Shown: positions 25,992 through 35,337 of the stretch, piece after piece
Position numbering within the stretch: position 1 is the stretch's first letter
Layout of the letters: each line of letters starts with the position of its first letter
Source: Nanobdellota archaeon
GTDB lineage: Archaea > Nanobdellota > Nanobdellia > UBA10117 > ARS21
Direction: 5' to 3'
NCBI GenBank assembly: GCA_014239585.1
Contig: JAAZYP010000001.1
Coordinates: 73,752 to 109,420, forward strand
Length of the DNA stretch: 35,669 nucleotides
The notes under the pieces: model-generated
Databases searched by the model: none
Told to the model about the DNA's origin: nothing
Seen by the model: only the letters and a program-made list of their open reading frames with translations
Program-made: the position numbers and the translations under genes

Positions 25992-26519
25992 TCAAGCAAA
26001 ACTCTTACCACAACCACAAGATTCCTCAGAATTTGGGTTTGAAATTCTAAAACCAGACTCATTTAATGTGTCTAAATATTCGATTTTTGATCCCTTCAAA
26101 AGTTTATTTGATTCAGAATCCATTACAAATTTAACGCCATTTGATTCAATTATTTTATCATCAGATTTCATTTTATCAAAATCAAGTTTATATTGAAATC
26201 CAGCACAACCACCGGCGATTACTTGAATTCTTAATACTGCGGGTTTATCTTCTTTTTCAGCCATTTCCTTTAGTTTTTTAGAAGCATTAGCTGTAGCGAT
26301 AAATTCACCCTTATCTTCAGTTAATACCGCATTAATTTCGGAAACTAATTGCTCAATTTTTTCATCAGAAAAACCATGTCCCTTACATCCTCCTTCGAGC
26401 GTTTCCCAATATTGAACTGCACAACCAACACAATGTAATCCGTGAGATAACATAACTTCTATTGCTTCAGGATGGTTCTTAATTATGTCTCCAATAGTCA
26501 TTTCTTTTGTTACTTTCAT
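25992..26519 (-). CDS. DUF1858 domain fused to A-type Fe-S carrier (HesB/IscA/ErpA family)
   Basis: N-terminal MTIGDII...GLHCVGC...ETLE.GC..HG and C-terminal GGCAGFQY...NPN...CGCGKSF. TAATG overlap with the ferredoxin gives start 26519. Confidence 0.9.
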   Translation of the reverse strand: MKVTKEMTIGDIIKNHPEAIEVMLSHGLHCVGCAVQYWETLEGGCKGHGFSDEKIEQLVSEINAVLTEDKGEFIATANASKKLKEMAEKEDKPAVLRIQVIAGGCAGFQYKLDFDKMKSDDKIIESNGVKFVMDSESNKLLKGSKIEYLDTLNESGFRISNPNSEESCGCGKSFA

Positions 26520-26761
26520 TATAATTTTGTTATGGTAATTGCTTGAACTGGACAAACATCTTGAGATTGAATTGCACGTTCAACATCAAATTTTTTCTCA
26601 TTCATATTAATGTACTCAATTCCATCTTCCTCAATTTTTCCATCAAGCAATATGTGAGCTTTTCCGTCTGAACCAATTTCCCAAAGTTCAGGATAAACAT
26701 CCGAACATGCGAATGCACCAATACATTTGTCTAAATTAATTTCGACACGGTATTTGCTCAT
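26519..26761 (-). CDS. Monocluster ferredoxin, probably [3Fe-4S]
   Basis: CIGAFAC (CxxAxxC) ... CPVQAI; 80 aa, acidic. Confidence 0.88.
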   Translation of the reverse strand: MSKYRVEINLDKCIGAFACSDVYPELWEIGSDGKAHILLDGKIEEDGIEYINMNEKKFDVERAIQSQDVCPVQAITITKL

Positions 26762-26815
26762 ATAATCTCGTAAAATCTTACCTTTTAATCATTGTGCTTC
26801 AGCACCAAATTCAAT

Positions 26816-27247
26816 TTAACATTTGGTTTTAGAAAGTTTTGAAATTGATAGAATTAAAATTCCTAATGCTAATAATTTTAGTTCCAAACCATAAAATGGA
26901 AAGAAAGAAATAAATCCCGCAATTCCTAAATACCCGGCCAGAGTTATGCTACATGCAGCACACCCAAAAAATAGTGTTCCAAGAATTCCGCCAACAAATC
27001 CCCTTTTGTGTTGAAGTTTTTTAGTTAAGGAATAATTATGTAAAAATAGGGCCAAAAAAATTGCGAAAGAAAAAGCAATTATTATATCTGTCGTGAATTG
27101 AAAATAAGCAAGTTTACCAAAATTATTTAGATTTAATTCAAGATTTGTAAAATAAATAACTATTGTTGAAAAAGAGACTAGTGAAATAAGAAATACAAAT
27201 CTATATTTTTTATCATTTAAAACAGATTTAATTTGTTCAAAATTCAT
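26816..27247 (-). CDS. Hypothetical membrane protein with intramembrane GCAAC (CxxC)
   Basis: About 4 TM helices and the motif GILGTLFFGCAACS; ATGA-coupled to the upstream gene. Confidence 0.75.
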   Translation of the reverse strand: MNFEQIKSVLNDKKYRFVFLISLVSFSTIVIYFTNLELNLNNFGKLAYFQFTTDIIIAFSFAIFLALFLHNYSLTKKLQHKRGFVGGILGTLFFGCAACSITLAGYLGIAGFISFFPFYGLELKLLALGILILSISKLSKTKC

Positions 27248-27633
27248 AGTAATAAAATTGCCAGTGCCATTAACCCCATGATTATATCTTCAATTAACGT
27301 AAATTTGGTCAAAGGAAGATTCAAATGATGTCCGAGTTTACCGAGGCATGCACAAGTAATATTTTTATTTTCTTTTAGAGCTTTAGAAACTCCAGCAATT
27401 CCGACAATCATTAACACTAACAATATTCCTGCGATAAATTTTACGTTCCAACTATATAGAAATGCACTACCAAGCAATACTTCAATTAATGGATAACTTT
27501 TAGAATAAATTTTACTTCTCATTGCAAGCAAATCATATTTTGAAAAATTTTCAGAAAATCTTTTCCAGTCCAAAATCTTTAAACTTCCTACTGCAACTAA
27601 AAACCAACCCATAAAGGGAATCATCCATTCCAT
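27244..27633 (-). CDS. MauE/DoxX-family membrane protein
   Basis: FMGWFL...LKILD...YDLLA...YPLIEVLLG, CACLG and TLIEDIIM; TAATG overlap with trxB. Confidence 0.82.
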   Translation of the reverse strand: MEWMIPFMGWFLVAVGSLKILDWKRFSENFSKYDLLAMRSKIYSKSYPLIEVLLGSAFLYSWNVKFIAGILLVLMIVGIAGVSKALKENKNITCACLGKLGHHLNLPLTKFTLIEDIIMGLMALAILLL

Positions 27634-28538
27634 TACCATTTATTATTCTTGATAAAATTATATATACTTTCTGCTGCAACCGAACCTTCTGCTGCAGAAG
27701 TTATGAATTGTTTCAAAGTATGACGCGTAGTTATATCTCCCGCTGCACAAAATCCTTTGATGTTAGTTTTTTGAGTATTATCTACCAGAATAAATCCATG
27801 AGAGTTAATTTTTACGTTAGATTCTTTTGCTAAAAAACTAAGGGGTATATGACCTATTTCAATAAATACAGCATCAACTTCTAATTTTCGCCCATTTTTT
27901 AATTTTATTCCTTTCAAAAGTTTATCACCATAAAATTCAACTGCCTCATTTTCTAACATGATTTTTATTTTCTTATTTTCTAACATCTGATCTTGAGTAA
28001 TTGGTTCTGCACGCATAGTTGGTTTTCTAACAACAGTATAAATTTGACTTCCATATTCTGATAAAAATAAGCTTCCTAATCCTGCCGCATCTCCGCCACC
28101 AATCACTGCAATTTTTTTGTTAGGATAGAGTGGTCCGTCACAAGTATAACAATAATGAACTCCTCGACCTACAAATTCCTTTTCGCCCAAAATCCCAAGC
28201 TTTCGATGTTTCATTCCAAGCGCATAAATTATTGATTTTCCATGATACGTTTTATCCGCCTTTACTGAAAAAGAATTATCTGATAGTTTTGAAATTTTTG
28301 AAACTTCAGATTCAACACGAGTAACTGCATATTCATCAACATGCTTTGTAAATTTATTCATTAAGTCCATCCCCGAAATTCCGGGTTCACCTATCCAATT
28401 ATCAACTTTATGTGCAATATTTCCTGTTCCACCAAATTCTTTGGCAATAATTAATGTTTTCAAATTATATCTTGCTGAATAAAGAGCTGCACCCAATCCT
28501 GCTGCTCCGCCACCGATAATTATAACATCGTATTTCAT
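27633..28538 (-). CDS. trxB: Thioredoxin-disulfide reductase
   Basis: GGGAAG, GRGVHYCYTCDG (CxxC), GGGDAA, VRK...R and AAGD. Confidence 0.93.
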   Translation of the reverse strand: MKYDVIIIGGGAAGLGAALYSARYNLKTLIIAKEFGGTGNIAHKVDNWIGEPGISGMDLMNKFTKHVDEYAVTRVESEVSKISKLSDNSFSVKADKTYHGKSIIYALGMKHRKLGILGEKEFVGRGVHYCYTCDGPLYPNKKIAVIGGGDAAGLGSLFLSEYGSQIYTVVRKPTMRAEPITQDQMLENKKIKIMLENEAVEFYGDKLLKGIKLKNGRKLEVDAVFIEIGHIPLSFLAKESNVKINSHGFILVDNTQKTNIKGFCAAGDITTRHTLKQFITSAAEGSVAAESIYNFIKNNKW

Positions 28539-29776
28539 TGTCGGCCTCTTAAACGCATTGCATCTGCAACTCGTTTAACTGCAATCATATATGCAGTTTC
28601 TCTAAAATCAATATTTTTTTCTTTTTCATATAATTTGTAAATTTTATCAAATGATTTAGTCAAAACCGAATCAAGATTTTTATTATATTTATTTAATGTC
28701 CAATATTCACCAGTATTATTCATGCTCCATTCAAAATAACTGCCAATTACTCCCCCTGCATTACATAAAATATCAGGTATAACCAATATTCCTCGCTTAA
28801 ATAAAATTTTATCTGCATCCACAGTAGTTGGTCCATTTGCACCTTCAGCAATTATCTTAGCTTTTATCTCAAACGCATTTTTACGAGTAATTATTCCCTC
28901 AAGAGCACAAGGCGCAAGAATATCACATTTTTGAGTTAATAATGAATCATTACTCATATGTTTAACGCCAGTCATAGTTGCTAGTTTACCTTCCTTTTTC
29001 TTATGCGCTAAAACTTCTTTAAATTTTATACCTTTAGAATTAAATATGGCACCTGATGAATCAGAATATCCAATAACTTTTATTCCTAATTCTTCATAAT
29101 ATTTTGCAGCAAACTGACCAACATTACCGAAACCTTGTATAATTGCAGATGTTTGTCGAGGTTTTAACCGTAATCGTTTCAATGCTTCACGAGTAGTTAT
29201 TACTACACCTTTACCTGTAGATTCATGTCTACCTGCGTGTCCGCCGAGTTCAACCGGTTTCCCCGTAAACGCGCCAGGAGCAGAAGTTTTTATTACAGAT
29301 TCATATTCCTCCAACATCCAAGCCATCGTTTGAGAATTAGTATAAACATCGGGAGCAGGTATATCTTTCCAAGGTCCAATTATCTTCGTGATTTTTTTAG
29401 AATAAGCTTTTGATAACCGTTCAAGTTCACTTTCAGATAATTTAGATGGATCACAAATAATTCCGCCCTTTGCGCCACCCAAAGGCAAACCGGTTAATGA
29501 ACATTTCCATGTCATCCATGCTGAAAGTGCACGAATTGTTTCAGCAGTTTCATCAGGATGAAATCGAATACCACCTTTATACGGTCCCAGTGCATTATTG
29601 TATTGACTTCTAAAACCCATAAATTTTGCACGACGTCGATTATCTAATCGAATTCTTACCCAAAATGAATAAAATAAATCTGGTTTTTTCAATCGAGCTC
29701 GCATCGGTTTACTGATTCCTAATTTATCTGCAGCTGAGTCTACTTGTCTTTTTGCTTCTTCGAAAGGCGAGGTCAT
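28535..29776 (-). CDS. gdhA: Glutamate dehydrogenase (Glu/Leu/Phe/Val family)
   Basis: GPYKGGIRFHP, MTWKC, GGAKGG, DIPAPD, GFGNVG, EGANGP and PDILCNAGGV. Confidence 0.95.
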   Translation of the reverse strand: MTSPFEEAKRQVDSAADKLGISKPMRARLKKPDLFYSFWVRIRLDNRRRAKFMGFRSQYNNALGPYKGGIRFHPDETAETIRALSAWMTWKCSLTGLPLGGAKGGIICDPSKLSESELERLSKAYSKKITKIIGPWKDIPAPDVYTNSQTMAWMLEEYESVIKTSAPGAFTGKPVELGGHAGRHESTGKGVVITTREALKRLRLKPRQTSAIIQGFGNVGQFAAKYYEELGIKVIGYSDSSGAIFNSKGIKFKEVLAHKKKEGKLATMTGVKHMSNDSLLTQKCDILAPCALEGIITRKNAFEIKAKIIAEGANGPTTVDADKILFKRGILVIPDILCNAGGVIGSYFEWSMNNTGEYWTLNKYNKNLDSVLTKSFDKIYKLYEKEKNIDFRETAYMIAVKRVADAMRLRGRQ

Positions 29777-30003
29777 AAATTTAAAGTTTTCTTCAATCTT
29801 TCTTTATTGAATCCAATAATTATTTCGTCTTTAATTTCAATTACTGGAACTCCCATCTGACCAGATTTTTCTAACAGTTCTGCTGCCAGAGCAGGATTCT
29901 TTTGAACATTTTTTTCAACATATTTAATTTTATTCTCATCGAAAAATTCCATTGCTTTGTGACACCATGGACACACATTTGTCGTATATATTACAACTTC
30001 CAT
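29773..30003 (-). CDS. Glutaredoxin-like protein (NrdH/YruB type)
   Basis: IYTT..CPWC, SGQMGVPVI and IGF. Confidence 0.93.
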   Translation of the reverse strand: MEVVIYTTNVCPWCHKAMEFFDENKIKYVEKNVQKNPALAAELLEKSGQMGVPVIEIKDEIIIGFNKERLKKTLNL

Positions 30004-30142
30004 TTATGAAAAGATATCTTTAGCTTAATAAGTTTATTTGTTATTTATCGGTTAATTGAATAAAAACTATAGTCTCAATGATACACATTTTTTCTCACTG
30101 ATCCATGATAACTATTTTATATCTTACTAACCATACATTTTG

Positions 30143-31555
30143 ATGGAAGATTTACTTAAATTTGCAATTAATACTGCACAAGATGCAGGCGCAAATTGGG
30201 CCGAAGCGAGATATGCTTCTGAAGATGTAACAGCTTTCTATTATGATAATGATATTCCAGTATCATCATATTATACGAATGATAAATCAATATTTGTGAG
30301 ATTTATTACCGGAAATTCGATGGGAACCGTATTTGTTAGTGAACCTACAAAAGATAAACTTGGAATTATGATTAAAAAACAAGTTAAAATTTCTAAGGCA
30401 GCATCACGAATTAATCAAGAAATATTTAAATTTAGTGATGAAAAAGCCCACCAAAAAAAATATTCAGTTAAAGAAAAAACAAAACTAAATTCGATTTCAG
30501 ATGAAGAAAAAAGTAAAACAGTTTTAAATCTACATAAAACATTAAGTAAATTAGATTCATTCGATTCAAGTTCAATCGGATTAACTACAAAATTTACAGA
30601 TAAACATTATTTGAATTCAGATGGTTCAAATATCATCTCTAAAATCCCCGAAATAAATATGAATTATTTCTTTACGGTAAAATCTAATGGAAAAATTACT
30701 CAACGAATGAATTATTTGGCAGGAAAAGGAGGATGGGAAACGCTAAAAAATTGGAATCTAACTAAAAATTTAACTTCAGAAGTCAAAAATTTAACAAATG
30801 TTTTGAACAAAGGTGTTCCCGCACCGAAAGGGATAATGGACTTTGTAGTAGGGCATGAAGTTACGGGAATAATGGTTCACGAATCAGTCGGACATCCGTA
30901 TGAAGCGGATCGAATTATGGGACGGGAATCAGCGCAAGCAGGAGAATCGTTTGTAAAGACAGACATGATTGGAAGACGAGTTGGTTCAGATTATGTCAAT
31001 ATTGTGGATACACCATTAACGTCCAATTCTGCAGCATATTATCTTTACGATGAAGAGGGTGTAAAAGCCAGAGATAAGATATTAATGAAAAACGGATTAA
31101 TTAATGAGTTTTTACATGATAGAAATTCTGCATCAAAAATGGGATTATCGAGTAATGCATCCTCTAGAATTTCAGATAATTCTAAAGAACCACTAATTAG
31201 AATGTCAAATACATATGTTCTTCCTGGAAAAGCTAGTGAGGCAAGTTTAATCAAAGATGTTAAAAAAGGAATTTATATGAAAAATTTTATGGAGTGGAAT
31301 ATAGATGATACACGTTATAATTTCAAAGCAAAGGGAAATGAATCGTATTTAATTGAGAATGGAGAAATTACAAAGCCAGTTTTATTTCCGACATTGGAAG
31401 TTGATACTTTCAAAATGTGGTCATCAGTAGACGGTGTTGGAAACAAAGCATCTTTCGGAATGGTGGGAGGACCGTGCGGAAAAGGAGAGCCAATGCAAGG
31501 AGTACCAACTTCGATGGGTGGACCAAGTTTGTTATTGAGAGGTATAAAAATATGA
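30143..31555 (+). CDS. tldD: TldD metalloprotease subunit
   Basis: HESVGH (HExxGH), YDEEGV, RMSNT and CGKG..Q (third metal ligand). Confidence 0.92.
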   Translation: MEDLLKFAINTAQDAGANWAEARYASEDVTAFYYDNDIPVSSYYTNDKSIFVRFITGNSMGTVFVSEPTKDKLGIMIKKQVKISKAASRINQEIFKFSDEKAHQKKYSVKEKTKLNSISDEEKSKTVLNLHKTLSKLDSFDSSSIGLTTKFTDKHYLNSDGSNIISKIPEINMNYFFTVKSNGKITQRMNYLAGKGGWETLKNWNLTKNLTSEVKNLTNVLNKGVPAPKGIMDFVVGHEVTGIMVHESVGHPYEADRIMGRESAQAGESFVKTDMIGRRVGSDYVNIVDTPLTSNSAAYYLYDEEGVKARDKILMKNGLINEFLHDRNSASKMGLSSNASSRISDNSKEPLIRMSNTYVLPGKASEASLIKDVKKGIYMKNFMEWNIDDTRYNFKAKGNESYLIENGEITKPVLFPTLEVDTFKMWSSVDGVGNKASFGMVGGPCGKGEPMQGVPTSMGGPSLLLRGIKI

Positions 31556-32889
31556 ACTTAAATTCTGCTCAAGATTATACATTAAAAAAATTAATTTCAT
31601 TAGGTGCAAAAGATGTTGTAGTCACATCACATTCAGGCGAATCTTTTCAAAATAAATTTGCAAATAACGAAGTTGTTGCAAACAAAAATTGGGATAATTC
31701 AACATTGTCAATTTTTTTATCGATTGGAGAAAATAATAAATTAAAGACTGGAGGAACAGATATTTCATATTCAAATCAAACAGACATAGATAATCAATTA
31801 AAACGATTAATCAAATTTACTAAAAATACTCCAATTAATAAAAATTTCTTAGGCTTACCTGAGGATAAATTCAAATATCGTGAAGTTAGAGGAATTTATG
31901 ATCCAGAAATTAAAAATTTAGGAACTAAATCAATTTCAATTTTACGAGATGCAATTGATTTAGCAAATCAAAAAGGTGCTAATCGAACAGGAGGAACATT
32001 ATCTCACGATTATGGAACGACTAGATTACTAACTTCAACTGGCGTTGATGAATCGTATGATTATTCAAATATAGCTTTATCTTTGAGAGCATTAACAAAC
32101 GAATCATCTGCACACAAAGTTTGTGTTGCAACAAATTTAAAGGAATTTAAATATCGGCCAAAAGTAATTCAGGCAGCAGAAGATGCAAAATTGGGAAGCT
32201 ATCCCGAACGAATTAAATCTGGAAAGTATGATATTATTTTTCAACCAATGGCATTTGCAAATTTAGTTAATGAAGTCGGTAGAGCAACAATTGCAGAATC
32301 AGTTGAAACAGGTTCATCATTTTATATCAATAAATTAAATAAACAAGTTACTAGTGAAAAATTTTCATTATTTGATGTAGGAAATTTAGCAAGAGGAATC
32401 GGATCAAGACCCTTTGATTCAGAAGGTAGGCCCACAAAAGCAACAGAATTAATTTCATCGGGAATTTTGAAAACTTATTTGACGAATAGTTCTTCTGCAA
32501 AAAGATTCAAATTACAACCAACTGCAAATGCAGGAATACTTTATTCAAGTCCTTCAAATTTAGTTGTTCCAATTGGAAGAAAATCAGATGAAAAGTTATT
32601 ATCTGAATTAGATGAGGGATTAGTAATTACAAATAGTTGGTATCATCGATACCAAAATTATATCAAGGGATCGTTTTCAGTATTACCACGAGATGCAATA
32701 TTTGTTGTAAAGGGCGGAAAAATAATCGGTTCTGCAAAAAATATTCGAATTTCAGGAGATATGATAAATTTAATGAAAAATGTTGACGAGTTATCAAATA
32801 AAAAGGAAAAAATCATAAATTGGGAATCTGATATTCCTGCTGAAGTTCCATCTGGACGAATAAATAATGTTAATGTAACTTCAGTCTAA
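31552..32889 (+). CDS. pmbA: TldE/PmbA subunit
   Basis: PFDSEG, TANAG and RISG motifs, no HExxH. Real start is ATG 31552 (ATGA overlap), not 31417. Confidence 0.88.
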   Translation: MNLNSAQDYTLKKLISLGAKDVVVTSHSGESFQNKFANNEVVANKNWDNSTLSIFLSIGENNKLKTGGTDISYSNQTDIDNQLKRLIKFTKNTPINKNFLGLPEDKFKYREVRGIYDPEIKNLGTKSISILRDAIDLANQKGANRTGGTLSHDYGTTRLLTSTGVDESYDYSNIALSLRALTNESSAHKVCVATNLKEFKYRPKVIQAAEDAKLGSYPERIKSGKYDIIFQPMAFANLVNEVGRATIAESVETGSSFYINKLNKQVTSEKFSLFDVGNLARGIGSRPFDSEGRPTKATELISSGILKTYLTNSSSAKRFKLQPTANAGILYSSPSNLVVPIGRKSDEKLLSELDEGLVITNSWYHRYQNYIKGSFSVLPRDAIFVVKGGKIIGSAKNIRISGDMINLMKNVDELSNKKEKIINWESDIPAEVPSGRINNVNVTSV

Positions 32890-32920
32890 AGTTTTATATT
32901 GATCAGAACATAATTTAATT

Positions 32921-34192
32921 ATGCCTCAATTGAAAAGAAATCTTGGTCTTTTTGAAACGACACTTATGGGTGTCGGAATAATTCTCGGCGCAGGAATATA
33001 TGTGTTGATTGGTGCAGCTGCAGGACTGGCAGGAAATGCAGTTTGGATGAGTTTCGGATTGGCATCAATTGTGGCAATTTTTACAGGTATGAGTTATGCT
33101 GAATTTACTTCTGGACGAACAAATGATTCAGCAGAATATGATTACGTTAAACGGTCATTAAATGAACGACTTGGATTTATGACGGGTTGGTTAATTATTT
33201 TAATGGGAATAATTTCTTCAGCAGCAGTAGCATTGGGATTTGCAGGATATTTTAAGGCACTTTTCCCCACTTGGTTAATTTCAAAAGTTGTTATTGCGAT
33301 TTTATTAATTGCAATATTTTCATTTATTAGCTATTACGGGATCAAAGAAGCAGCATGGACAAATATTATTTTCACGTTTCTCGAAACATTTGGATTACTT
33401 GCGATTATTTATTTCGGAATAGATTCATTTGGAAAAGTAAACTATTTTGAAATGGCTAACGGAGTTGACGGTATTTTTTCGGCAGCGTCATTAATATTTT
33501 TTGCATATATTGGATTTGAAAGCATAGCAAAACTTTCCGAAGAAACTAAAAATCCTAGCAAAACAATACCACGTGCAATTTTATTATCAATTTTGATTTC
33601 AACAGTAATATACATGTTAGTTGCATTGTCAGCAGTTAGTGTATTAGATTGGAAAACACTTGCTGCTTCGGCATCACCGCTAGCAGATGTCGCAGCTGCA
33701 GCATTTGGATCTTCTGCATTTTTAGCATTATCCATAATTGCATTATTCTCAACAGGAAATACGGTATTGATAATATTAATTGGATCTTCGCGACAACTTT
33801 ACGGAATTTCAAAATATTATAAAAAACTTACAAAATTTTCATCAGTGTCCAAATTAAGACAAACCCCGCATGTTGCAATCGCAAGTATCGCGTTATTGGC
33901 AATGGGATTTACATTAATAAATAATATTGGTACAATTGCAAATCTAACAAATTTCACCGTATTTTTAACTTTTATTCTAGTAAATATATCTTTAATTTAT
34001 AAACGTAAAAAGGAAAAATCCGTATCGAAAGGGTTCAGAGTTCCATTAAGTTATAAAAATGTACCAATTCCCGCAGTTTTAGGAATATTAACTTCATTAT
34101 TTTTGATGGTTCAACTTGATCCGCAAATCATTCTTGGCGGAACAGGATTAAGTGCGATAGGGTTGTTAATCCACAAGTTTGTTAAGGCGTAA
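32921..34192 (+). CDS. APC family amino acid permease
   Basis: GIILGAGIY, SYAE and FFAYIGFE...SEETKNPSKTIPRAI; about 12 TM. Confidence 0.95.
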   Translation: MPQLKRNLGLFETTLMGVGIILGAGIYVLIGAAAGLAGNAVWMSFGLASIVAIFTGMSYAEFTSGRTNDSAEYDYVKRSLNERLGFMTGWLIILMGIISSAAVALGFAGYFKALFPTWLISKVVIAILLIAIFSFISYYGIKEAAWTNIIFTFLETFGLLAIIYFGIDSFGKVNYFEMANGVDGIFSAASLIFFAYIGFESIAKLSEETKNPSKTIPRAILLSILISTVIYMLVALSAVSVLDWKTLAASASPLADVAAAAFGSSAFLALSIIALFSTGNTVLIILIGSSRQLYGISKYYKKLTKFSSVSKLRQTPHVAIASIALLAMGFTLINNIGTIANLTNFTVFLTFILVNISLIYKRKKEKSVSKGFRVPLSYKNVPIPAVLGILTSLFLMVQLDPQIILGGTGLSAIGLLIHKFVKA

Positions 34193-34227
34193 CCCTTTAA
34201 AATTAAATTGAACAACAGAAAATTGCA

Positions 34228-34632
34228 ATGGGACTCGGAAACGGTAGTTATGACGGAAGAACTATGACTAAACCAACATACAAGATTTTATCGTTAGTAA
34301 AAAAACATTTATCTTCTGAATTAATCGATTTTGGATACATTAGTAATTATGAAAATAAATTTACAACTCAACTTTTTCAATTTGAATCAGTGGGCGAAAG
34401 ATGGAAACGAAGATTATTCGGACACGGAGAATCAAAATATATTGGCGAATTTACATTAAAAGAACATGAAGATTCATTTTCAGTTGATTATGCTTTCAAA
34501 AGGACAACCGATACAAATCATGTTCCGAGAAGTAATTGGAGAGCTGCCAGAAAATTTAAGAATGATTGGAAAAAAGAATCTCTAGAGAAGAAAATAGGTA
34601 AAAAAATTATTTCAGATGCAAGATATAAATAA
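34228..34632 (+). CDS. Hypothetical basic protein (134 aa)
   Basis: Fills the gap, has an upstream TTTAAAAT element and abuts the convergent gene. No family recognised. Confidence 0.65.
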   Translation: MGLGNGSYDGRTMTKPTYKILSLVKKHLSSELIDFGYISNYENKFTTQLFQFESVGERWKRRLFGHGESKYIGEFTLKEHEDSFSVDYAFKRTTDTNHVPRSNWRAARKFKNDWKKESLEKKIGKKIISDARYK

Positions 34633-35337
34633 TCACGATAAAAAAGTTTGAATTATTTCTGCTGCATTTTTTTCAGTGATTCCACTTGAATCATTATCTG
34701 GAACAACTTCAACTAAATCGCAACCGATAATATTTCCTTTTTTTAGATGTTTTATTGAAGAAATAAGTTGAGTCATTGAAAGTCCCCTCGGAACCGGATG
34801 ATCCACTGCCGGAGCTTCACGCGGATCTAAAACATCCATATCTATTGTAACATAATATCTTCGCGAATGTATACGTTTTATTTGATTAAAATGAATCCGT
34901 TTTACTCGTTCAGTATCTTTCAAAAATTCTTTTTCTTCCGGTTCAATTGCACGATTTCCTATCAAATATATGGTTCGACAATTATGTAGTTCTAAAATTC
35001 TTCGCATAACTGTCGCATGGCTAAATTTGTGTTTATAAAAATCATATAAATCTGGATGTGCATCAAACCAAAATACATCAAAGGGTTTTGTTTGCGCCTT
35101 TAATATCGGATAAGTAATTGAATGATCTCCACCAATAAAAAATAAAAAATATTTGTTCAGAAGTTTTTTTGCTTTTGCATAGATCTTATCGTTGGCAGAC
35201 TCCTGAGTACAATTTGCTAAATTTAAACTTTGAAATCGGATACCTAACTCTTTCCGAATTGCAGCAACACCTTTTTCTGCACCAGTTTCAAATTCTTTAT
35301 AAAGTGCAATTGGCGCACCAATTAATTTAACTTCCAT
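34633..35337 (-). CDS. Arginase/agmatinase (ureohydrolase) family protein
   Basis: GGDHSIT, DAHPD, SHAT, DMDVLDP and DLVEV Mn-binding motifs. Confidence 0.9.
   Translation of the reverse strand: MEVKLIGAPIALYKEFETGAEKGVAAIRKELGIRFQSLNLANCTQESANDKIYAKAKKLLNKYFLFFIGGDHSITYPILKAQTKPFDVFWFDAHPDLYDFYKHKFSHATVMRRILELHNCRTIYLIGNRAIEPEEKEFLKDTERVKRIHFNQIKRIHSRRYYVTIDMDVLDPREAPAVDHPVPRGLSMTQLISSIKHLKKGNIIGCDLVEVVPDNDSSGITEKNAAEIIQTFLS

Noticed and set aside
31417-31551. 45-aa N-terminal extension of TldE (likewise the track extensions of glyS, pduO and the ABC permease)
   Set aside because: These lie within upstream genes or promoters; downstream ATGs show coupling or correct TATA spacing.
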